A stretch of 64,000 nt of DNA from Candidatus Bathyarchaeota archaeon. Lineage in GTDB: Archaea; Thermoproteota; Bathyarchaeia; Bathyarchaeales; Bathycorpusculaceae. A model generated the notes under the pieces. It had not been told where the DNA came from, did no database searches, and was given only the letters and a program-made list of their open reading frames with translations. The translations under genes and the position numbers were made by a program. The stretch covers positions 320,001 through 384,000 of the forward strand of contig CAWHVC010000003.1 of NCBI GenBank assembly GCA_963832745.1. The letters run 5' to 3'. Positions within the stretch are counted from its first letter, which is position 1. Every line of letters begins with the position of its first letter. Below are positions 1 through 8,651 of this stretch, one piece after another.

Positions 1-755
1 CTTAACAGGTGAAAAGGAGTGTTTGGACCTAAATAGTCATTAACCCATTTTGCCAAACGCTTTATCCGATACATCGAATCACCAGTTTTGGGAACAACAA
101 GATTTGTGATTTCAATATGAACCCCATCAAGCTTGAATTCTTTTAAAGCGTCAAAAATCGGTTTCACGTCAGGCACTGCGGAAACAGTCTTGTAGAATTT
201 AGGGTCAGCAGCTGCTTTAAAATCCACCGTTACAGCATCAAGATACGGCGAAATTGCCTTAACAGCCTCAGGAGTCATATAACCGTTCGTTACAAACGTG
301 TTAAAAAGACCTGCCTCGTGAGCAAGCCGAGCGGTGTCGTAAGCGTACTCCATGAAAATGGTGGGTTCAGTATAAGTGTAGCTGATTCCTTGACAATCAG
401 CCTCTTTTGCTTGTCTAACGATTTCTTCAGGCGATAATGGGTTGCCAGCAACTTCCTTGTCTTGGCTTATCATCCAATTATCGCAGAATTGGCACCTAAA
501 ATTGCACCCCGCCGCCGCTACTGACAGCACCGACGCGCCAGGGTTAAAATGAGAAAGCGGTTTTTTGCCGATTGGGTCGACAGCGAGTGAAACAGCTTTA
601 CCGTAATTTAAAGTATAAAGTTTACCGCCTTGATTTTTTCTGACCAAACAGAAGCCGGTTGAGCCATCGCTGATTAAGCAGCGTCTTGCGCACAAACAGC
701 ATTTTACCTTGTTATCTTCTTCGCGTGTGTAAAGCATTGCTTCATGAAGTGACAT
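1..755 (-). CDS. amrS: AmmeMemoRadiSam system radical SAM enzyme (runs off window start)
   Basis: Manual translation MSLHEAMLYTREEDNKVKCCLCARRC...GFCLVRKNQGGKLY...DPIGKKPLSHFNPG...GCNFRCQFCDNWMISQ; CxxxCxxC plus later YTYTEP motif; alternative GTG start at 767. Confidence 0.88.
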   Translation of the reverse strand, partial: MSLHEAMLYTREEDNKVKCCLCARRCLISDGSTGFCLVRKNQGGKLYTLNYGKAVSLAVDPIGKKPLSHFNPGASVLSVAAAGCNFRCQFCDNWMISQDKEVAGNPLSPEEIVRQAKEADCQGISYTYTEPTIFMEYAYDTARLAHEAGLFNTFVTNGYMTPEAVKAISPYLDAVTVDFKAAADPKFYKTVSAVPDVKPIFDALKEFKLDGVHIEITNLVVPKTGDSMYRIKRLAKWVNDYLGPNTPFHLL

Positions 756-887
756 TTCAGACTTCACCAAATAAAAGAGACAATAAACTGACTCTCTTCA
801 TAGAATTATGAAGCTTTTTTCTTAATAACTTTTAGCTTGAACCTTTTCTGCATTGGATAAAACATATACATAGTTAACGCTAACTGT

Positions 888-1364
888 TTGTATCCATGTG
901 AGGCACCGGTTTTGGCGAGGACAGGCAAAGAAGAGCTGGAAGGAATCACTCTTAAAGTGTATCTTTATGTGGTGAAAAAGAAGGCTCCAGTGGGCACACG
1001 TGAAGTTACCCGCGGATTAAATCTTAGCAGTCCCAGCGTTGCATACAGGCATCTGGAAAAACTGGAAACAATGGATTTGCTACAGAAGAACCAGTACGGC
1101 GAATACACTGTTAAACAGAGGGTAAACCTTCCTGGATACACTTGGATGGGTAGGCATCTTTTGCCGAAAATGCTGCTTTATTCAACGGTTTTTGCCGCTA
1201 TTTTGGTGGTGGAGTTGGTGGTGTTAGCGCTTCATTTTACAGTTGAAACTTATGAGTTCAAAGTTTTTTTTGCGTTGCTTATCTTGATAACCTGTTTAGC
1301 GTTGGCAGTATTCATTGTTGAGGATTTAAGACAGGGTAGAAGAAGAACTGTTTTAGCTCAATAG
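888..1364 (+). CDS. Winged-helix transcriptional regulator with two C-terminal TM helices
   Basis: VYLYVVKKKAPVGTREVTRGLNLSSPSVAYRHLEKLETMDLL HTH pattern followed by two hydrophobic segments. Confidence 0.7.
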   Translation: MYPCEAPVLARTGKEELEGITLKVYLYVVKKKAPVGTREVTRGLNLSSPSVAYRHLEKLETMDLLQKNQYGEYTVKQRVNLPGYTWMGRHLLPKMLLYSTVFAAILVVELVVLALHFTVETYEFKVFFALLILITCLALAVFIVEDLRQGRRRTVLAQ

Positions 1365-1408
1365 GAAGGTTTTCTGCTGAAAAAGTTTTGAAGCCTTAAA
1401 CATGGCTT

Positions 1409-2161
1409 TTGGCAAAAAATTTCTATACTTGGACTTGCCTGTTAAGTAAAACAGGACTACCCAGCAACCAAATTGGCTTAGAGGGGCAGAATCTGAAAAA
1501 CAAAAAGTTCATAATCGTTTTAGCGGTGTTTCTGGTTTCAGTAACGCTGGTGTATTCAATAGTCTCGTTAGGAAACGTTCCAAACAACCAAAACGGTAAG
1601 CTTGCCCGTGTTGCCTGTATGGGTGATAGTATCACGGAAGTTTCCGGTTACCCTGAAGATTTGCAAGCGCTGCTTGGTAACGATTCGGTTGTAGGCAATT
1701 TTGGTGCCAGAGGGGCAACAGTAAGCTTTGGTTCTGTTAACCCATACTATTTTCATGAACAGTATCCAGACGCGGTCGATTTTCAACCTTCTACAGTTAT
1801 TTTGATGCTTGGAACCAACGATGCCCGGTCAGACACATACAAACTGATAGACAGTTTTGTCAGCAATTATGAAAGAATCATTGAAGGAATCCAGAATTCA
1901 AATGACAGCAGCACAGCACAAATTTTCTTGGTGAAGCCTCCGCCGATTCTGGAAAATGACTTAAACCTCAGCAGCACAGCCTTCGCTGAAGGAGTAATAC
2001 CCAAAATAGAACAAGTCGCAAACGAAACCAACGTGCAAATAATTGATCTTTACACACCCCTGCTGAATCATCCAGAATACTATCTTGATGGCGTGCACCT
2101 AAACAGTGAAGGCGCCCAATACATCGCAGACATTATCTATCAAGCCATCAAAAACCAGTAA
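1409..2161 (+). CDS. Membrane-anchored SGNH/GDSL hydrolase (esterase/acetyltransferase-like)
   Basis: GDSIT, GNFGARG, LGTND and DGVH blocks; N-terminal TM; true start probably CTG at 1493 after GAGGGG. Confidence 0.88.
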   Translation: MAKNFYTWTCLLSKTGLPSNQIGLEGQNLKNKKFIIVLAVFLVSVTLVYSIVSLGNVPNNQNGKLARVACMGDSITEVSGYPEDLQALLGNDSVVGNFGARGATVSFGSVNPYYFHEQYPDAVDFQPSTVILMLGTNDARSDTYKLIDSFVSNYERIIEGIQNSNDSSTAQIFLVKPPPILENDLNLSSTAFAEGVIPKIEQVANETNVQIIDLYTPLLNHPEYYLDGVHLNSEGAQYIADIIYQAIKNQ

Positions 2162-2163
2162 GT

Positions 2164-3246
2164 TTAACCGATAAGTTTTCTTAAAATCGGCACTTTGCGC
2201 ATAAGCAGAATCAAACCTACAGTTATAAAAAGCGTAATAACTGTGATTAACGGGATTTCTATAATAGGGTTTAAAGTTACAGCGCTTAATGTGAAACCGA
2301 AAAAGCCCCTCTGCAGAGACTCCAAAATAATGACATGCAGCAAGAAAATTGGCAAAGTATTTTGACCGATGACTTTGATGACTCTGCTTAGGGTTGCATG
2401 GGTTTTTCCAGGCCAATCGGGTGGACGAATCTTTATCAAAAGCATGAAAAAGGCAATTGAACCTAAGATTACGTTTGCGGTTAGGTAATCAAAAAAGAAA
2501 CTATTTTTGTCCATGTAAGCTAATGGATAATTCATTAGCCAAACGCCAAATATTGTCCAAACACAACTCAACGCCAACAAACCATACAAGAAAATGAATC
2601 GCACGTGTACCCTTTGCAGGTATATACCTAAAGCGAAGTAGCCTATCCAACCGATTATTAGAAACACTAAATTGTAAAACGTGTAGATTCCGGCTAACTG
2701 TATGATGGGCACAACCGCTACGGCCAAAAACCACAACAGTATCAGGTACCTTAGAACATTCCATTTTCCATTGCAAATCATTGCCCTTAAAATCGGCGTA
2801 ACCAAATAAAGACCAATTATAAGATACAAAAACCAGAAGTGAAAATACGAACCACTAAAAACACCGAAAAGCGTTGCCTCTGCAATATTGCCCCAAGTTA
2901 AAGGCATCTGACTAATGAAAAAACCCCAAACTAAATAGACGACGGTCCAGAAAGCAAAAGCCAACCCGATACGGCTTAACCGTTTCTTTAGAAAGACACG
3001 GATGGGTTCATCTAGCTTGCTGGGTTGAAGAAGCAATGAACCACTTAACATTACGAACAATGGAACACATGACAAAGAGATTGTTTTGTAAATAACTGCG
3101 GTCCACCAGTAAGAATCTGGGACACATGCCAATTGAAGGATTTCGTTTGAAGCATGCAGCGTTATAACTAAAACTATGGCTATGGTGCGAATGAGGTCAA
3201 CTGGATAATCAACTTTACCTGCATCCTCGTTATCCCGTCCAAACAG
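2164..3246 (-). CDS. Acyltransferase family 3 (AT3) membrane O-acyltransferase
   Basis: ORF track gives 2164..3132; the frame continues upstream through DLIRTIAIVLVITLHAS (AT3 N-terminal motif) to a CTG at 3246 with GAGGTG upstream; CVPLFVMLSG, HFWFLY, IFLLH motifs. Confidence 0.85.
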   Translation of the reverse strand: MFGRDNEDAGKVDYPVDLIRTIAIVLVITLHASNEILQLACVPDSYWWTAVIYKTISLSCVPLFVMLSGSLLLQPSKLDEPIRVFLKKRLSRIGLAFAFWTVVYLVWGFFISQMPLTWGNIAEATLFGVFSGSYFHFWFLYLIIGLYLVTPILRAMICNGKWNVLRYLILLWFLAVAVVPIIQLAGIYTFYNLVFLIIGWIGYFALGIYLQRVHVRFIFLYGLLALSCVWTIFGVWLMNYPLAYMDKNSFFFDYLTANVILGSIAFFMLLIKIRPPDWPGKTHATLSRVIKVIGQNTLPIFLLHVIILESLQRGFFGFTLSAVTLNPIIEIPLITVITLFITVGLILLMRKVPILRKLIG

Positions 3247-3496
3247 TCCCCGGCACCTCAGAACAGAAAGTAGAATACCAAATTTAGCTCAGATTATATA
3301 AAACTGCTTGAGGCAAAAACAAAAAGCAAAAAAGTAGGAAGCCAAACGATAAAATGCTAACAAAAAATGCGCTCAACCAACGTAAGTTAAACAACCACTA
3401 AAAAAACTAAAAACGGCAGGAAAGGTACTCTTGTAGCCCATGATAGTGACCGCTTGCAGTGTAATGTCAACTAATTGCGTTGCTTTATTTTTTACA

Positions 3497-3589
3497 CAAC
3501 CTATTAGGATCCAAATAGAGGTTCTATGCAGAAACCTATAGGGGTAGGTCGTATTGGATTGAAATCAAGTCACTGGTATATTGAAAAAC
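3497..3589 (+). repeat. Dispersed ~95-bp element, copy 1
   Basis: caacctattaggatccaaatagaggttctat-gcagaaacctataggggtaggtcg...ttgaaaaac; first 31 nt identical to 62773-62803. Confidence 0.9.
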
Positions 3590-3645
3590 CGTTAATTTAC
3601 AGGAACCTTCCTGTATACGAAAGCATCAACAAAACAAACAAAAAA

Positions 3646-4464
3646 TTAGGGTTTCTTGTTTAAGCTGCTAATTATGCTTTCAAAAATTAGTTTGCCGTCG
3701 CCGTATTGTGTCATGTGTTGTTTGCTTGTCCAGTCGGGTTCTTGCCACCAGTACATTGCACGCTCAGGATGGGGCATTAAGCCGAAGATGGTGCCTTCCT
3801 TGTTACAGATGCCCGCGATGTCATAAAAAGCCCCGTTAGGGTTGGTTGGATAAGTTTCGTCTGCAGGGTTGCCGTTTTCATCGCAGTACCGGAAAACCAA
3901 CATATCATTGTCGATGAGTTGTTGTAGCATTTGCTGTTCCTTCTCTACTGGAAAGAGTAAGCGCCCTTCTCCGTGGGCTATCGGGATTTTGAGCACTTTG
4001 CCCTGAGGGACTTGGCTGGTGAAAAGGCATTTGCCACGGTTTTCGTTTTTAAGGTAAATCCATTCGCATTTGAAGCCTTGAGGCTCATTTGTGGTTAAAG
4101 TTGCTTCGGGGTATTGACTGGTGCCTTCAAAGCCGGGCAGCAAACCGTATTCGACAAGGATTTGGAAGCCGTTACAGATGCCAAGTATTGGTCTGCCCTC
4201 GTCTACAAACTGTTCCATTTGTTTACCCAACTTGGCACTAAGCGAACGCGCAAAGATAACGCCTGAACGCACGTAGTCGCCAAAAGAGAAGCCTCCGGGA
4301 AAGACCAGCACGTTATAATCCAATAAACTGCCACTTTTCACCAATTCGTTAACATGCTTGATTTCGGTTTGTACACCAAGTTCTTGGAACGCACGGGCTG
4401 TTTCAGCATCACAGTTAGTTCCGCCAGCACGTATAACGCAAACTTTGATTTCTTCAGTCTTCAA
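3646..4464 (-). CDS. purQ: Phosphoribosylformylglycinamidine synthase, glutamine amidotransferase subunit
   Basis: GTNCD, PGGFSFGDY, GICNGFQ, AHGEG, GLMPHPER. Confidence 0.97.
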   Translation of the reverse strand: MKTEEIKVCVIRAGGTNCDAETARAFQELGVQTEIKHVNELVKSGSLLDYNVLVFPGGFSFGDYVRSGVIFARSLSAKLGKQMEQFVDEGRPILGICNGFQILVEYGLLPGFEGTSQYPEATLTTNEPQGFKCEWIYLKNENRGKCLFTSQVPQGKVLKIPIAHGEGRLLFPVEKEQQMLQQLIDNDMLVFRYCDENGNPADETYPTNPNGAFYDIAGICNKEGTIFGLMPHPERAMYWWQEPDWTSKQHMTQYGDGKLIFESIISSLNKKP

Positions 4465-4467
4465 TTT

Positions 4468-6843
4468 TTAAGCCTCCGCCAAAGTTTTCTTCCAAGCCGC
4501 CCGTAACTCCGAAAGTTCAGCATCAACTGCTAAGGCGCCGTTTAAGCCATGAATCCGCAGGCGTTCAGCGTCTGTTACTTCGCCAATCAAAGCACAGCTC
4601 TTGTTCATTAAGTCCTCGAAATCATAACGGTCTTTTGATGCGACTTCGATTAAGAAGCGACTGTTAGATTCAGAGAACAACATAAAATCGTTCCTCGTCA
4701 CTTCCTTGTTGGGTACAGCTTTAAGGTCAAGTTCCATGCCGATGCCGCCTGCAAACGCCATTTCCGCTGCCGCCACCGCTAATCCTCCTTCTGAAAGGTC
4801 ATGGCAAGCTTTTACCAAGCCTTGGTCAATGGCTTTAGTTAGGTCAAAGTAGGCTTTACGGGCTTTAGATGTATGCAGTTTTGGTACACTCGCGCCGAGG
4901 TAACCTTGGAGTTTGTAGTATTCTGAACCGCCAAGTTCGGGGTAAGTGTCGCCGAGAAGGTAGAGTAGGTTTCCAGGCTCCTTAAGCTCCATGGAAACTG
5001 TTGAACGCAAATCTGGAACAACACCGATTGCCGTTATCAGCAGGGTCGGCGTGATTGGACCCAGCGGGGACTCGTTGTAAAGGCTGTCTTTGCCAGAAAT
5101 AAACGGTGTCCGATACGCTTTTGCCACGTCATAGCAAGCTTGGCAAGCTCGTACGAGGGAACCGAGGCGTTCAGCCTTTTCAGGATTCCCCCAAGTGAAA
5201 TTGTCCAAAATTGCAATTCGGCGTCCACCAACAGCAAGATTGTTTCTGATTGCTTCATCAATCGCTGCGGCTGCCATCCAGTAAGTGTCAATTTTACCGT
5301 AATTAGGATTCATGCCACACGAAATTGCAAGACCCTTCCAAGAGTCGTCAAGCGGTTTTAACACTGCTGCGTCGTTGGGACCAGCGTATTTGCCCTGAAA
5401 CGGTTTGAGGGCAGTGTTTCCTTTGACTTCATGGTCATAAGTACGCACCACACTTTCTTTGCTTGCAATGTTTGGTGCACCAAGCAGCTGCATCAGGGTT
5501 TGGGTTAGGTTTGCTGGTTCGAAAAACGCAGGTTCAGTAAGAGCTAACTTTTCGAGGGTAGCTTTTTTTGTGGTCGTGCAAGGATTAAACAGGAAAACCA
5601 TATCCAAATCAGCAACAACTGCACCCTGATAAGTGAGCCGCAGGTGACGTTCAGGAGTTAATGTGCCTATGGCGTTAGCTTCAACTTCTTCCTGCTCAAA
5701 AACTGCCAAAACAGCCTCCAAGTTTTCAGGAGGAACTGCAAACAGTTGGCGCTCTTGGGATTCTGAAATGTAAATTTCCCATGGAGCAAGTCCCTGATAC
5801 TTCAACGGGACCTTGGAAAGCTCTACGGTTACGCCGCATCCGTATCTTTCTGCGGTTTCGCCCACGCCCGAGGATAAGCCGCCGCCGCCAAGGTCAGTAG
5901 TTGCGGAAGCCAGTTGACGGTCGCGGATGATGATTATTGCGCGTTTGAGTTTTTCTTCCTCTATTGGGTCAGCGATTTGCACTGCTGGACGACTAACTTC
6001 TTCAGATTTCTCTGTAAGTTCAGCAGAAGCAAACGTGACACCGTGAATGCCGTCTCGCCCTGTTTTTCCGCCTGCCATTACTATGTAGTCGCCGACTTTA
6101 GCGTTTTTAGTGTACTTGCTAAGAGGCAATAGGCCGATGCAGCCGCAGTAAACGGTGACGTTGCCTGTGTAGGATTCGTCAAAGTAGATGGCACCGTTAA
6201 CGGTTGGGATGCCCATGTTGTTGCCGTAAGCGCTGATGCCTGCCGTTACGCCCATGTAGACATATTTGGGGTGTTTAACGCCTACTGGAAGCTTGTTGTA
6301 ATCGTAATCTAAGGGGCCAAAACCCAACACGTCAGTGCATGCGATTGGGTCAGCCCACACTCCAAGAATGTCACGGATTACTCCTCCAACGCCTGTAGCG
6401 GCACCACCGAACGGTTCCACTGCGGATGGATGGTTGTGAGTTTCAACTTTAGCGGCTATTCCGAAGCCTTTGTCGAATTTGACTATGCCTGCATTGTCTT
6501 CGAAGACGCTAAAACACCAAGGGGCATTGATTTCCTTGGTAGCTTTTGCAAGGTAGGTCTTAAAGAGGCTATTGATTTCTTTGCCGTCAAACTCTATTTT
6601 GCCTTTAAACGTTTTGTGGCAACAGTGTTCTGACCATGTTTGGCTGATTATTTGAAGTTCCACATCCGAGGGGTTACGGTTTTTGGCTTTGAAGTAGGTT
6701 TGCACTTCTCTCATTTCGTCAAGGCTTAAGCCAAGTGCGAGTTCGCTACTAACTTCGAGGAGGTCATTGTCTGTGGCTTTGGCTAATGCTACTTCAACAA
6801 CATTACTTGCCGTGGCACTTCGAATGTAGAGGTTAGCGTTCAT
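4468..6843 (-). CDS. purL: Phosphoribosylformylglycinamidine synthase subunit PurL
   Basis: WSEHCCHKTF, KVETHNHPS, GAATGVGG, SESQER, HDLSEGG. Confidence 0.97.
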   Translation of the reverse strand: MNANLYIRSATASNVVEVALAKATDNDLLEVSSELALGLSLDEMREVQTYFKAKNRNPSDVELQIISQTWSEHCCHKTFKGKIEFDGKEINSLFKTYLAKATKEINAPWCFSVFEDNAGIVKFDKGFGIAAKVETHNHPSAVEPFGGAATGVGGVIRDILGVWADPIACTDVLGFGPLDYDYNKLPVGVKHPKYVYMGVTAGISAYGNNMGIPTVNGAIYFDESYTGNVTVYCGCIGLLPLSKYTKNAKVGDYIVMAGGKTGRDGIHGVTFASAELTEKSEEVSRPAVQIADPIEEEKLKRAIIIIRDRQLASATTDLGGGGLSSGVGETAERYGCGVTVELSKVPLKYQGLAPWEIYISESQERQLFAVPPENLEAVLAVFEQEEVEANAIGTLTPERHLRLTYQGAVVADLDMVFLFNPCTTTKKATLEKLALTEPAFFEPANLTQTLMQLLGAPNIASKESVVRTYDHEVKGNTALKPFQGKYAGPNDAAVLKPLDDSWKGLAISCGMNPNYGKIDTYWMAAAAIDEAIRNNLAVGGRRIAILDNFTWGNPEKAERLGSLVRACQACYDVAKAYRTPFISGKDSLYNESPLGPITPTLLITAIGVVPDLRSTVSMELKEPGNLLYLLGDTYPELGGSEYYKLQGYLGASVPKLHTSKARKAYFDLTKAIDQGLVKACHDLSEGGLAVAAAEMAFAGGIGMELDLKAVPNKEVTRNDFMLFSESNSRFLIEVASKDRYDFEDLMNKSCALIGEVTDAERLRIHGLNGALAVDAELSELRAAWKKTLAEA

Positions 6844-7091
6844 TATTGTTCCACTACGCTTATTGTGTAATTGTCTTTGGTTGGGTTCGCTAAGAGACGT
6901 TTGCTCATTTCTTCAGCTTTAGCCTTAGCCTCACTTGGCGAGGAAGCCTCAAGCATGACGGTGTAAACTTTGCTTACATCAACTTTTTCAACTTGGTAAC
7001 CGAGTTCTTTGAGAAGGTGCGCGGTGGTTTCGCCTTCAGGGTTGCTATGACCCGTTTTTAGGCTTACTTCGATTTTGGCAGCGTATTTCAT
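6843..7091 (-). CDS. purS: Phosphoribosylformylglycinamidine synthase subunit PurS
   Basis: 82 aa, NPEG and RLLANP motifs, coupled to purL. Confidence 0.95.
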   Translation of the reverse strand: MKYAAKIEVSLKTGHSNPEGETTAHLLKELGYQVEKVDVSKVYTVMLEASSPSEAKAKAEEMSKRLLANPTKDNYTISVVEQ

Positions 7092-7341
7092 GAACCTTTA
7101 ATTGAGAATGTAGTAGATTTAAACACTTTCGTTATAACAATGAATTATTTTGTGTTAATTAGTAAAAATAGGCTGCTTACTTTTTTGTTTAGTAGTTGTT
7201 GCCGCAGAGTCCCTTAGCACAACAACAACCAACAGACTGTGTAGGCGTTTGCTTTTTGTTTCCTGTTTGTGGGTTAGGCTGCTGTTTGGTTGTGGCGTTT
7301 TCTACAACCAGATAGAGGATGGCACGCAGGCACCAATCAAT

Positions 7342-8268
7342 CTAATCTTTTTTCCGTTGTCGAATCAAATAAACCCCAATAATGCTTACAGAACAGATAA
7401 CGGCTACCGCTATAGCGACTTCTATTGTTAAACTTGGAGTTAATGAATCGTCAGGTGTAGGTGTTGTTTCAGAAGCCAATATTGATGCTGTAACGTTATA
7501 TGGCTTCATCAAAGGGTACAAATCGTTAATTTTCGGTCTTGAATTATACGTTGTATCGCCAATACCATCTCCGTTAGCATCGGTGCCATTATAATCACTC
7601 CAAAAATTACCTGTACCATTATAATCAAAAGCATTAGAACCTGCTGACGCAAATCCGTTGTGAACATAGAAATTGTTTTTGTAAAAAGTGTTATTGCTTG
7701 ATAGCATTTCAATAAGGTATATGGTGTTTTCTGTGATTATGTTATTGCTACCTTCGATATGGATGCCGTACATGAGGTTTTGTGTTATGAGGTTATTATT
7801 GCTGTTTATGTAGATTATCGGGTATAGACCACTTGTAACGTTATTTCTCACGATAGTATTGTAGCCGCCCTTTATGCTCATGCCAGCACCGTTATGATCA
7901 AAGTGACTGTTTTCAATCACGTTATGTGATCCGTCAACTCTTACAGCGACACTACCGACATTTACTACATTGAAATTTTTTACGGTTGCATAGTTGCTAT
8001 TTATGAAGATCTGCCCTTGTGTTGTGTACCCTGCACCATCTAGTATGATGTTGTTACATGCTATTTCTATACCCGTGATGTTTGCTGTTAACGTATAGGT
8101 GTTTCCTGAGCGTTGGATGGGTGCTGACGAGGGATTTACTGAACCGTCATTTTGGATTGTAATTGTTGATGTGTCTATGGCAGAAACAAAACAATCTTTA
8201 GTAATTAAAACTGTAGTCAAGCATAACGTTACGACCAAAAAAAGAATGTATGCATTTATTCTCATCAA
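7342..8268 (-). CDS. Secreted, membrane-anchored NosD/CASH parallel beta-helix protein
   Basis: Signal peptide, Asn-rich beta-helix repeats, GNFWSDYNGTDANGDGIGDT motif, C-terminal TM followed by RQRKK. Confidence 0.85.
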   Translation of the reverse strand: MMRINAYILFLVVTLCLTTVLITKDCFVSAIDTSTITIQNDGSVNPSSAPIQRSGNTYTLTANITGIEIACNNIILDGAGYTTQGQIFINSNYATVKNFNVVNVGSVAVRVDGSHNVIENSHFDHNGAGMSIKGGYNTIVRNNVTSGLYPIIYINSNNNLITQNLMYGIHIEGSNNIITENTIYLIEMLSSNNTFYKNNFYVHNGFASAGSNAFDYNGTGNFWSDYNGTDANGDGIGDTTYNSRPKINDLYPLMKPYNVTASILASETTPTPDDSLTPSLTIEVAIAVAVICSVSIIGVYLIRQRKKD

Positions 8269-8651
8269 AGCTTTTCACTTAATTCCTAAATTTGGTCAAT
8301 TAATATTTGGAGAAAGATACTTTTAACTTTTTTTCTGATAAAGAATTTAGCTCAAAAATGTGGAGAATAAACGGTCTTTTATTTAACTGTTTTCCCATAT
8401 ATTTCTTTTAGCTATAAATTTTACTTAAATTCTAGTCTTTATTGACTAAATTATGTTAAGTTGATTGTGCTGATCAGGGTTTTATCGTAAGCAACAAGTT
8501 ATAAGATGGTAAATAGTAGAAAAACAGAATTCGGATTAGAGTTGAATTGAGATGTTTCCAAGAACATGGAATGTATAACGATTTATCGTTTCTTGCAGTA
8601 GAGAGTACCAAATTTCTTGAAAACACGCCAAAACAACTCTAGGAAGAAAAA

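Noticed and set aside
3440-3541. 33-aa ORF MIVTACSVMSTNCVALFFTQPIRIQIEVLCRNL ending inside the repeat
   Set aside because: Its C-terminus is simply the translated repeat; the same frame has a TGA in copy 3, so coding is not conserved
7190-7310. CAAC/GTTG-rich potential hairpins upstream of purS as a purine riboswitch
   Set aside because: A TATA-like box ~27 nt before the purS ATG suggests a short or leaderless transcript; pairing is imperfect and low-complexity
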